From: Candidatus Sumerlaeaceae bacterium
Lineage (GTDB): Bacteria; Sumerlaeota; Sumerlaeia; Sumerlaeales; Sumerlaeaceae
Assembly (NCBI GenBank): GCA_049968255.1
Contig: JBMFRB010000009.1
Span: 1-64,000 of the forward strand
Length of the DNA stretch: 64,000 nucleotides
Reading direction: 5' to 3'
The position numbers were made by a program, and so were the translations under genes. The notes below the pieces were generated by a model. That model was not told the origin of the DNA and made no database searches. It saw only the letters and a program-made list of their open reading frames with translations. Numbering within the stretch: position 1 is the first letter of the stretch; every line of letters starts with the position of its first letter. Positions 8,606-16,814 of the stretch are shown piece by piece.

Positions 8606-10801
8606 ATGAACTCCTCGCAGACGTTCCCCAAGTCAAAGGCTACGCGCCCCTCTTCTCTGTTCGGAATGCGTGGCGCCGCTTTTTTGTTTTCGCTCAGCCT
8701 TGGGTTGTCCCTCACACCAAGGGTCTCCCAAGCCCAAGTTTCACCGCCGGCCAACCAGAAGGCGCCCAAGCTCGTTGTGCCTGGCGCGCCAGTTACCTAT
8801 TATGACGGCGAGAGAGCCATTGACCTCGTCTTGGCGCTTGATGAAGTTGCGCTCGAATCACCTACCGGCACTGATGTGGCTACGCTCGCTCCGCGCGCAA
8901 TAAACGCGAAAGTGGAACGAGTGGAAAAACTTAGTGGCCGCTCGCTCCACCGCGTCCGTTTTCAGCAGCAACCCGACCGCCTCACGCTCGAGCAGCGTGC
9001 CGCCGAGCTCATGGCCGGAATTCCTAAAGCAAAAGCTTACGCTGTGCTCTATGATCCGACGGCGCATAAGCGGGCTCCAGAACAAGCGCAGTTGCTCACG
9101 AATCAGCTTGCGGTCAAAATCAAGCCGGGGATTTCCATCGAGGACCTTGCACGTGCAAACAATTTGCGCGTTATGGAGAAAGTGTCTTATAGCCCCGACA
9201 CGTACATTCTCGAAGCGCGGCGATCGGGGCTTTTCGAAGCGCTCGATGCCGCCAACACGATTCACTCGTGGGGAGTTGCGGAGTTTTCGACGCCACTTGT
9301 GCGCAAGCAGCGCGAGCGCAAGCTCATTCCCAACGATCCGCTTTTTTCCCGGCAGTGGCACCTTCGTAACACTGGTTCGAACCCAGGAGTGTCCGGACTC
9401 GTTGCCGGCAATGATGTGAACGTCGTGAGTGTGTGGGATAGCTATCTGGGCAATGGCATCAACATCGCGATCGTCGACGATGGGCTGCAAGTGGCCCATC
9501 CGGATCTCTCGCCGAACGCACGCACGGATATTGACATCGACATCAATTACGGCGACAATGATCCCTCGCCGGATGTTGCTGGCGATGACCATGGCACGGC
9601 GTGCGCGGGCGTGGCCGCAGCCAGAGGTAACAATGCGCTCGGGGTCTCCGGCGCAGCGCCACAGGCCGGCCTCGTGGGCGTGCGTCTGATTTCTGCACCT
9701 GCCACCGATGCCCAAGAGGCGCAAGGATTGAACCACCAGCTCACAGCCTCTAATCCTGCGGATCGCGTCAGCATCTATTCCAATTCTTGGGGACCTGCCG
9801 ACGACGGAGCCACGCTCGAGGGACCAGGTTCACTGGCAAAAGCAGCTCTCCAAAACGGCGTGACTAATGGCCGTAGTGGGCTTGGGGCCATTTACACGTG
9901 GGCCGGCGGTAACGGGGGCACGAGCGACAACGCGAACTACGATGGCTACGCCAATAGCCGCTACACCATCGCCGTGGCTGCAAGTGGAGGGGCTGGCGAA
10001 CAGTCTTCCTACAGCGAAAGCGGGTCGTGCATCGTCATCAATGCGCCCTCCAGCTACAGTGGCGGTGGCATCACGACTGTCGACAGGACAGGTACTGACG
10101 GCTATGAGGATCCGCCCGGCGACTACACCTACACGTTCGGCGGCACCTCGTCGGCAACGCCGCTCGCCGCCGGCTGCATCGCGCTTCTGCTCCAAGCTTA
10201 CCCCAGCCTCACGTGGCGCGACGTCATCGACGTTCTCATCCATTCGGCCACACAGAATTCGCCTACGGACACGAGCTGGTTCACAAATGGGGCAGGTCTA
10301 AAGTTCAGTCACAAGTTTGGGTTCGGACGGATCAACGCGGCAAATGCTTTGGCCGTGGCCGCCACGCATACTCCACTGCCGCCCGAAGCATCACCACTGA
10401 CTGGCGGTGAGACGCTCTCGACGCCGGTCGCTATCCCTGACAATAATGCCACAGGCATTACTCGCACGACGACAATTACTGGGCCCAGCAATTTCAAGGT
10501 CGAGTACGTCACAGTGGACGTCGTCATCACGCACCCGTATCGCGGCGATCTCGAGATGTTCCTAACGGCCCCATCCGGAACAACCTCAAAAATTGCCACC
10601 ACACGAAACGATAGTGGTGACAACTACAACCATTGGGTGTTCACAAGCGTAGTACATTGGGGGGAGAACCCCAACGGAACATGGTCATTCAAGGTTGCTG
10701 ACCGTTTTGCCAGCGACGTGGGGAGCCTTTCGTCCTGGACGCTAACGGTGTATGGGCACATTGAAAATCCGGCAACGGTGGGCGAGTGGATGCTCTACTG
10801 A
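8606..10801 (+). CDS. Secreted kexin/furin-like S8 serine protease with proprotein-convertase P domain
   Basis: Signal peptide; triad motifs IAIVDDG, HGTACAG, GGTSSATP; SNSWGP; P domain (HPYRGDL, HWGENPNGTW); ends in PATVGEWMLY. Confidence 0.93.
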   Translation: MNSSQTFPKSKATRPSSLFGMRGAAFLFSLSLGLSLTPRVSQAQVSPPANQKAPKLVVPGAPVTYYDGERAIDLVLALDEVALESPTGTDVATLAPRAINAKVERVEKLSGRSLHRVRFQQQPDRLTLEQRAAELMAGIPKAKAYAVLYDPTAHKRAPEQAQLLTNQLAVKIKPGISIEDLARANNLRVMEKVSYSPDTYILEARRSGLFEALDAANTIHSWGVAEFSTPLVRKQRERKLIPNDPLFSRQWHLRNTGSNPGVSGLVAGNDVNVVSVWDSYLGNGINIAIVDDGLQVAHPDLSPNARTDIDIDINYGDNDPSPDVAGDDHGTACAGVAAARGNNALGVSGAAPQAGLVGVRLISAPATDAQEAQGLNHQLTASNPADRVSIYSNSWGPADDGATLEGPGSLAKAALQNGVTNGRSGLGAIYTWAGGNGGTSDNANYDGYANSRYTIAVAASGGAGEQSSYSESGSCIVINAPSSYSGGGITTVDRTGTDGYEDPPGDYTYTFGGTSSATPLAAGCIALLLQAYPSLTWRDVIDVLIHSATQNSPTDTSWFTNGAGLKFSHKFGFGRINAANALAVAATHTPLPPEASPLTGGETLSTPVAIPDNNATGITRTTTITGPSNFKVEYVTVDVVITHPYRGDLEMFLTAPSGTTSKIATTRNDSGDNYNHWVFTSVVHWGENPNGTWSFKVADRFASDVGSLSSWTLTVYGHIENPATVGEWMLY

Positions 10802-10881
10802 AGCGCCGCGGCAAGGTCCTCCGCTCCTAATTCGGGCAGCCACTAGGCATCCATGATACGCCCGCTTGAAGTATCGGGAAC

Positions 10882-10915
10882 ATGGGGATGGCACGAGATG
10901 AAATGCCATCCCCAT
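10882..10915. terminator. 12-bp perfect inverted repeat between convergent genes, likely terminator
   Basis: ATGGGGATGGCA-N10-TGCCATCCCCAT followed by TCGTTTT. Confidence 0.55.
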
Positions 10916-11231
10916 TCGTTTTGCTCGCCTGCTTGCTTGGAGCGAAAAAGCAAGCGCGATGCTCGGAGTCGATTTTGCGACAAGCATGGAGGAGGCTCTG
11001 CTCCACGGTCAACGCTGATCCCTCGCTAATCGTTGCTTCGGGCCTGACCGGGCACTCCAACACACCCCCCTTGCGTCCTGCTTTATTGGCATGCTGCGGG
11101 CTTTGAGCTGCATGTTCGGCTCAGTGTGCTTTCGAAGAGAAGATGTCAGCAAAACGCTCGTTTCAACTTTTAGAGTGGCATCGGTGTCAGGGATCAATTG
11201 TTGGCGCGGCCTAATCGGGCAGGCCAAAATG

Positions 11232-11561
11232 TCAGGGTTTTTGAGTGCTTGTCACTAGCGTGAGCAGCATCGTTAGCTGTGATGTTGCTGTGACCGTATG
11301 CGGAGTCTGAGGCGGCATAAAGAACCACGACCCTGGCCCAACCTCGTAGCGCTGGCCTTCAATGCTCACAGCACCGGTACCGTCGAGAAAATGCATGATT
11401 GCCGGCACAGATGCTGTGTGCTCGCTGAGTTCTTGCCCCGGTGCAAAGCCAAACAAGATGACTTTGACCGATTCGTCACGGTAAACTGTACGACTAAGTG
11501 TTCCATCTGGCGGGATGGAAATCTCCTTGAGCAGATTTTCAATGGCGATGGTTGGCATCAT
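11232..11561 (-). CDS. Cupin domain protein
   Basis: FGFAPGQELSEHTA and MPPQTPHTV cupin motifs; AGGAG RBS. Confidence 0.85.
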   Translation of the reverse strand: MMPTIAIENLLKEISIPPDGTLSRTVYRDESVKVILFGFAPGQELSEHTASVPAIMHFLDGTGAVSIEGQRYEVGPGSWFFMPPQTPHTVTATSQLTMLLTLVTSTQKP

Positions 11562-11582
11562 GGCGCTCCTTGAACTGATTTG

Positions 11583-12302
11583 TTAGCGATTGAACAGTTC
11601 ATCTTCTATAGCGATGCTGCGTGGGAAAAGGATCTCGTCTTCCTCGCGGATGTGCGCCAGCAGGTCGCGCTCGAGCTGCGCGAGACCCGCATAAAGCGCG
11701 CGCATGAGAGGGGAGAGTTCTGGCTCCATACGAAAGTTGAGCGTTGCCTGGCGGAAGCGTTGAAGCGCCTCTTTGGCGTTGTCGTGCTCCGTCATCATCA
11801 CCGAGATAGGATTGCGTACGCTCCCGCAGTGCGACTGAAACGGTTCCGCCGCGGCGGCAAGGTCTCGGATGAGCGGAAAAAGAATCTGCTCTTCCTTGAG
11901 CAAGTGCATTTCGAGCTCAGCTTTGAGCGGAACAAACGCGTCGAGTAGCGTATGCGCAACTCTAGCCGAGGGCGTCGACTCGCGATTTACCGCGCGATGA
12001 AGAAGCATTTGAAGGCGAGGCAGCTCAAGACGCAGGTACGCATGGTGCTGGCGAAGGATGTGTTCGATGATGTCGTCGACGGTGGTTGTTTGCCAACAGA
12101 CCTCGCACGCATCGCGCCATAAAGCGGCGTGATCAACAAGCGCCGCCTCATTGGCACCAAAGCCGAGAACTTCCAACGCCCAACCAAGCGATTGCTCCTG
12201 ATAGGCTTGGGGCGTGATGCCAAAACGCTCAAGCACTGTTGCCAGCTCTGGGGCAGCCGCCGCAAGCGCGTTCAAAGATGTCTCAAGACCAACAGAACTC
12301 AT
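11583..12302 (-). CDS. ric: Repair-of-iron-centres (Ric/YtfE/ScdA-like) hemerythrin-domain protein
   Basis: HHAYLR, HLLKEEQILFP, PISVMMTEHD, HIREEDEILFP. Confidence 0.85.
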   Translation of the reverse strand: MSSVGLETSLNALAAAAPELATVLERFGITPQAYQEQSLGWALEVLGFGANEAALVDHAALWRDACEVCWQTTTVDDIIEHILRQHHAYLRLELPRLQMLLHRAVNRESTPSARVAHTLLDAFVPLKAELEMHLLKEEQILFPLIRDLAAAAEPFQSHCGSVRNPISVMMTEHDNAKEALQRFRQATLNFRMEPELSPLMRALYAGLAQLERDLLAHIREEDEILFPRSIAIEDELFNR

Positions 12303-12784
12303 GACCGTGCTCCTTTCTTCTTGTGGTGGGATGGCCTAATGCCGATGAGGCACGGGCGCTTGAGTCTTGCGTGAAAAGTCGGAGCTGGTTGGGCGGCTAG
12401 CTCTGCAAGCGTCCAGCGCTGAAGAACTTTCACCATCGCCTGGTGGAGCTCGGCGCATGCGCGATGAAATGCGCACGCGTGAGCCAAGCGTGCGGCGGGG
12501 ACCTCCTCACAAAAATCACCAACCAGCGCACCCTGAGCCGCCTCAACCAAGTCGAGCATCCTCACACGTCGCGGACTCAGTGCAAGACGGACGCCGCCCC
12601 GAGCTCCGCGCCGCGACTCGCAAATTCCTGCTCGAACGAGGGCAGAAAGCACCTTTGCTGTGTAAGTCGGACTAGCTCCGAGTGTCTCAGCAAGAGTTTC
12701 TGGTCTTACAAAATCAGCCTCATCGCTATGCTGAGTGAGCAAAATGGCAATTCGAATGGCAAGTATCGAGGTTTGGCTCAGCAT
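12299..12784 (-). CDS. Rrf2 family transcriptional regulator
   Basis: YTAKVLSALVRAGICESRRGARGG winged-HTH motif and C-terminal cysteines; 4-nt overlap with ric. Confidence 0.9.
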   Translation of the reverse strand: MLSQTSILAIRIAILLTQHSDEADFVRPETLAETLGASPTYTAKVLSALVRAGICESRRGARGGVRLALSPRRVRMLDLVEAAQGALVGDFCEEVPAARLAHACAFHRACAELHQAMVKVLQRWTLAELAAQPAPTFHARLKRPCLIGIRPSHHKKKGARS

Positions 12785-12796
12785 TCCAAAGACGAC

Positions 12797-12824
12797 AATA
12801 TAGATAAAGATTATCCATATTCAA
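12797..12824 (-). promoter_or_regulatory. Promoter TTGAAT-N16-TATATT with overlapping 11-3-11 inverted repeat (likely Rrf2 operator)
   Basis: Plus strand AATATAGATAA-AGA-TTATCCATATT at 12797-12821 (10/11 symmetric), directly upstream of the Rrf2 start. Confidence 0.7.
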
Positions 12825-12897
12825 GGCCAACATCTTAGTCCACGCCAGAGTTTGTTCATAGCGGCCTTTTGCTCTGAGGGAAGGGGAGAAGGAGTGG

Positions 12898-13122
12898 TCA
12901 GTGGGGAAGGTGGGTCTGGCCAGCGACTGAACTCGAACTTATCGGGTTGCTGCTCGCGGTTGTTGCGTTCGGTGTTGGAATCGCGAGCTCTGCACTTGGA
13001 TTGGCGTCTTCAGCAGGGGGAGGAGTAGGAGCCTTACGTTCAGCAGAACAGCTTGCAAGCAAACCCACTGCAGTAATCACGGCAAAGGTTGCTGTCATGC
13101 GCTTCGCTTGGTTTATCATCAT
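12898..13122 (-). CDS. Small putative lipoprotein
   Basis: Basic N-terminus, hydrophobic stretch and LASC lipobox, then a P/A/S-rich tail; no recognisable domain. Confidence 0.45.
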   Translation of the reverse strand: MMINQAKRMTATFAVITAVGLLASCSAERKAPTPPPAEDANPSAELAIPTPNATTASSNPISSSSVAGQTHLPH

Positions 13123-13172
13123 CCAAAGAACAGTCAGAAAAATTGGCACCCGGGGCACGGTGTCCCACGGAG

Positions 13173-13490
13173 TTATTTCTTCTTGGCAGCAGTTTTCTTT
13201 GCAGCCGGCTTCTTCGCTGCCTTTTTCGCCGTCGCCTTCTTGGCGGTTTCCTTCTTGGCGGTTGCCATCTTGCTCACCTCTTTCCCTTTGGATTTTACGG
13301 CGGGTTTCTTCGCGGCTGGTTTTGGCGCCGCTTTTGCCGCCGTTGTTTTCTTTGCCAAAGCTTTTTTCGCGGCGGTGTTTGTCCCTCCTTTTGCAGGGGT
13401 TTTCGTTGCTGCCTTTTTTGCAGCCGGTTTCGCAGCAGCCTTCTTCTCCGCAGACTTACTGGCTGTTGCCTTCTTTGCTGCTGTTGGCAT
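13173..13490 (-). CDS. Lys/Ala-rich histone-H1-like DNA-binding protein
   Basis: Repeated AAKK/KPAAKK units over 105 aa; strong RBS AAAGAGGTGA 5 nt before ATG. Confidence 0.8.
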   Translation of the reverse strand: MPTAAKKATASKSAEKKAAAKPAAKKAATKTPAKGGTNTAAKKALAKKTTAAKAAPKPAAKKPAVKSKGKEVSKMATAKKETAKKATAKKAAKKPAAKKTAAKKK

Positions 13491-13589
13491 CAAGTTCACC
13501 TCTTTTCTTTACGGAATGATTTCCCACTTTGTAAAGGAATAACAACAAATTGTACGTTGCCCTGTCAAACAAAAGAGAAAGAAAATTGT

Positions 13590-13617
13590 TTGAGAAAAAA
13601 CTGGTGAGTGGTAGAGT
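13590..13617 (+). promoter_or_regulatory. Putative promoter TTGAGA-N16-TAGAGT with extended -10 TG for ptsH-glmU
   Basis: Near-consensus hexamers downstream of an A-rich tract. Confidence 0.5.
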
Positions 13618-13678
13618 TCGGTCTTGGGTGCGTTGAGAGAGCAGTGGTCAAAAACATGGAGTAGTGACTCGTTTGTCC

Positions 13679-13963
13679 ATGAGCAAAACAGTGCGTGGCG
13701 AAGTGACGATCGAAAACAACGCCGGACTTCATTTGCGGCCGGCAGCAACATTTGTGCAGACGGCTAACAAATACAAAAATTGCGATATTCGTGTTTTTGC
13801 TGAAGAAGGAAAAGCGGTAAACGGCAAGAGCATCATGGGTCTGGTGATGTTGGCAGCGGGCAAAGGCACGAAGCTGACGATCGAGGTCACAGGTGAGGAC
13901 GCCGAGAAGGCTCTCAACGAGCTCTGCACCCTCGTGAACAATCGCTTTCATCTCGATACCTAA
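13679..13963 (+). CDS. ptsH: Phosphocarrier protein HPr
   Basis: GLHLRPAA (His15) and NGKSIMG (Ser46) motifs. Confidence 0.95.
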   Translation: MSKTVRGEVTIENNAGLHLRPAATFVQTANKYKNCDIRVFAEEGKAVNGKSIMGLVMLAAGKGTKLTIEVTGEDAEKALNELCTLVNNRFHLDT

Positions 13964-13977
13964 AGGAAACTTGCTTC

Positions 13978-15342
13978 ATGAAAAACCTCGTTGCAATTAT
14001 TCTCGCTGCCGGCCAGGGCACCCGGATGTATTCAGGTTTGCCAAAGGTCCTCCACAATGTGGCGGGCCAGCCGATGCTCGACCACGTGTTAGAAGCAGTG
14101 GAAGCGCTGGAACCCGATGAAATTTATGTCGTCACAGGGTTCCTCGGCGACATGGTCCGCGAGCACGTCGGTAAGCGTGCAACCTGTGTGCATCAGAAGC
14201 GTCGGCTCGGCACTGCGCATGCTGTCAAGCAAGTCGTCCCCTATCTGAAAGATTTCAAAGGCGACGTGCTCATCACTGTCGGCGATGCTCCTCTCATTCG
14301 CCCCTCAACGCTGCAGGAACTTGTGAAACGTCGGCGTGCTCACCAAGTCGCTGCCACAGTGCTCACAACCGAGCTCGACAATCCCACAGGTTATGGACGC
14401 ATCGTCCGAAATCGTGATGGCACGGTCCGCAAGATCGTCGAGGAAAAAGACACGAACGTTTACGAAGCGGCGATCAAAGAAATCAACACAGGTATCTACG
14501 TCTTCGATTGTCCGCGTTTGCTAGAAGCGCTTGACCGCGTGCGCAACAACAACGCGCAGCGCGAGTACTACCTCACCGACACTGTCGAGATCCTTGGCAA
14601 ACTTGGCTACGAAGTGGAAGCAATGGTGGCGGAAGACTCCACGGAGACGCTGGGCGTGAACTCGCGTGCTGATCTGGCTCGCGCGGAGAATCTCTTGCGC
14701 CGGCGTATTGCCATGAGCGTGATGGAGCACGGTGTCACGGTCATAGACCCAGCCACCACCTACATCGACAAACAGGTGCGCATCGGCAAGGACACGATCA
14801 TTCATCCCTTCACGATGATCACTGGAAAAGTCGAAATTGGTGAGGAATGCGTCATTGGTCCCCACGTGCACATTGCCGAGAGCAAAGTCGGAGCGGGATC
14901 GCATCTACAATTTTGCTACGTCCAGCAGGCCGAGCTTGGCGCACGGGTCAGCGTTGGTCCTTACGCGCTCGTGCGGCCAGGGTCGAAAATCGCCGACGAC
15001 TCACGCGTCGGCACCTTTGTCGAGGTCACGCGCAGTAAGATCGGACAAGGCTGCGACGTGCTCCACCTAAGTTACATTGGCGACGCAATCATCGGCAACG
15101 GTGTGTCGCTTGGCACAGGGACGATCACGGTGAATTTCGATGGCAAAGCGAAACGCCGGACCGTGATCGGCGATCATGTGTTCCTGGGCAGCAACACCCA
15201 GCTCATCGCACCCGTCGAAGTGGAAAGCGGTGTGAGCTTTGCGCACAACGCTGTGCTCACTGGCAAAGTGCGGGCTGCGGACGCTGCACCCGCTGAGGTG
15301 AAGAAAACATCGAAATCATCGCGCACGAAGAGAAAAAACTAG
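13978..15342 (+). CDS. glmU: Bifunctional UDP-GlcNAc pyrophosphorylase / GlcN-1-P acetyltransferase
   Basis: ILAAGQGTRM, GYGRIVR, EYYLTD, HLSYIGDA and hexapeptide repeats. Confidence 0.95.
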   Translation: MKNLVAIILAAGQGTRMYSGLPKVLHNVAGQPMLDHVLEAVEALEPDEIYVVTGFLGDMVREHVGKRATCVHQKRRLGTAHAVKQVVPYLKDFKGDVLITVGDAPLIRPSTLQELVKRRRAHQVAATVLTTELDNPTGYGRIVRNRDGTVRKIVEEKDTNVYEAAIKEINTGIYVFDCPRLLEALDRVRNNNAQREYYLTDTVEILGKLGYEVEAMVAEDSTETLGVNSRADLARAENLLRRRIAMSVMEHGVTVIDPATTYIDKQVRIGKDTIIHPFTMITGKVEIGEECVIGPHVHIAESKVGAGSHLQFCYVQQAELGARVSVGPYALVRPGSKIADDSRVGTFVEVTRSKIGQGCDVLHLSYIGDAIIGNGVSLGTGTITVNFDGKAKRRTVIGDHVFLGSNTQLIAPVEVESGVSFAHNAVLTGKVRAADAAPAEVKKTSKSSRTKRKN

Positions 15343-15415
15343 CTGCAGCACGTGGCGAAGTGATCAAACCGCGCTGAGTCAACGCAGAGAGATGCACGCG
15401 GGGCGACGCGATCCC

Positions 15416-16780
15416 TCAGCTTGCGCCCACTTCCCGCAACAAGGCGACACTTGTCCGTGTTCCTCGCGCGAAATCCTTGAGGCTAAATTTCTCATTCGGG
15501 CTGTGAATCCGGTCATCCGGCAGGCCAAACCCAAGCAGGAGACACGGTAGCCCAAGATCGCGGACAAAGGTTGTGACGATGGAAATCGAGCCACCCTCGC
15601 GAATGAAGACCGGCTGCGCGTCAAATCCTTTTTCTAGCGCCGCCACTGCCGCGGCCACCCATTGACTATCCGTGGGGATGCTGACTGCTGGTGTGCCATG
15701 GCCAGCCCGGAACTCGATATCAGCGTAAGGCGGCGCGAGTTGCAGCACGCGCTCACGAATAGCCTTAATTACCTTGTTCGGGTCTTGTTTGGGCACAAGC
15801 CGTGCGCTGCATTTTGCAAGGGCCCGCGCTGGAACGATCCCTTTATGACCCTCACCTTGATGCCCGCCTGTAATTCCCACGAATTCAAGTGTGGGCCGAG
15901 TCCAGATGCGTTCGAGGATCGAACGATCGGGTTCTCCCCACGTACCTTTTGCGCCTACGGATTTCACAAAAGCTTGCTCATCGAAGGGCAATCGCTGCCA
16001 CGACGCTTTTTCCTCAGCCGATGGCTCAGCGACATCGTCGTAAAAGCCCGGCACGCTCACACGTCCGGACTCATCATGCAGACCGGTGAGCAGGCGGCTA
16101 AGAACTTCAATCGCATTCGGCACGGCTCCGCCAAATGAGCCCGAGTGGAGATCGGCTGATGCGGTGCGGACCTCGATTTCGAACGCAGCGATTCCGCGAA
16201 GTCCCGTGCACAGCGACGGATAATCGGGAGCGAATTGCGCCGTATCGGAAATCACCACAACGTCAGCAGCCATGAGGTCACGGTGTTCCGCAATCCAGGC
16301 AGGAAGGTTCGGACTACCGATTTCTTCCTCGCCCTCGATGAGAAACTTCACGTTCACCGGCAGCGTGCCTTCGGCCGCAAGCCACGCTTCCACTGCTGCG
16401 ATATGTGTGTAGAGCTGCCCCTTGTCGTCGCTGGTGCCGCGGCCGTAGATGTTGCCCTCGCGCACCGTAGGTTCGAATGGCGGTGTCTGCCATTCCTCCA
16501 ATGGCTCCACGGGTTGCACGTCAATGTGCCCATAGAAAAGCACCGTGGGACGGCCGGGCGCTTCCATCCATTCGCCGTACACGAGCGGGTGCCCCGCAGT
16601 TTCGTGGAGGTTTGCTCTCAGGCCAAGCGCGCAAAGCTTTTTCGCCACCCACTCGGCTGCTCGGCGCACATCCTTTGCGTGTTCCTTTTGCGCGCTTATG
16701 GATGGGATGCGCAAAAGTTCAAAGAGTTGGTCCAACACCTGCTTGCGTGATTCTTCGAGATAGCGCAGCACTTTTTCCAT
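15416..16780 (-). CDS. M20 family dipeptidase (DapE/ArgE-like)
   Basis: YGHIDVQP, GRGTSDDKG, EGEEEIGS, DLHSG, HSPNE. Confidence 0.9.
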   Translation of the reverse strand: MEKVLRYLEESRKQVLDQLFELLRIPSISAQKEHAKDVRRAAEWVAKKLCALGLRANLHETAGHPLVYGEWMEAPGRPTVLFYGHIDVQPVEPLEEWQTPPFEPTVREGNIYGRGTSDDKGQLYTHIAAVEAWLAAEGTLPVNVKFLIEGEEEIGSPNLPAWIAEHRDLMAADVVVISDTAQFAPDYPSLCTGLRGIAAFEIEVRTASADLHSGSFGGAVPNAIEVLSRLLTGLHDESGRVSVPGFYDDVAEPSAEEKASWQRLPFDEQAFVKSVGAKGTWGEPDRSILERIWTRPTLEFVGITGGHQGEGHKGIVPARALAKCSARLVPKQDPNKVIKAIRERVLQLAPPYADIEFRAGHGTPAVSIPTDSQWVAAAVAALEKGFDAQPVFIREGGSISIVTTFVRDLGLPCLLLGFGLPDDRIHSPNEKFSLKDFARGTRTSVALLREVGAS

Positions 16781-16814
16781 AGGTCGCTATTAGCGATGGC
16801 CGCGCAGCTCGACT

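Noticed and set aside
13173-13490. Short repeats that might suggest a CRISPR or VNTR array
   Set aside because: They are codon-level Lys/Ala repeats without constant repeat-spacer structure.
12947-13607. Plus-strand hydrophobic or Cys-rich ORFs (12947-13519, 13089-13607, 13108-13542)
   Set aside because: Antisense shadows of the AAKK-repeat gene; the minus-strand frame has the strong RBS.
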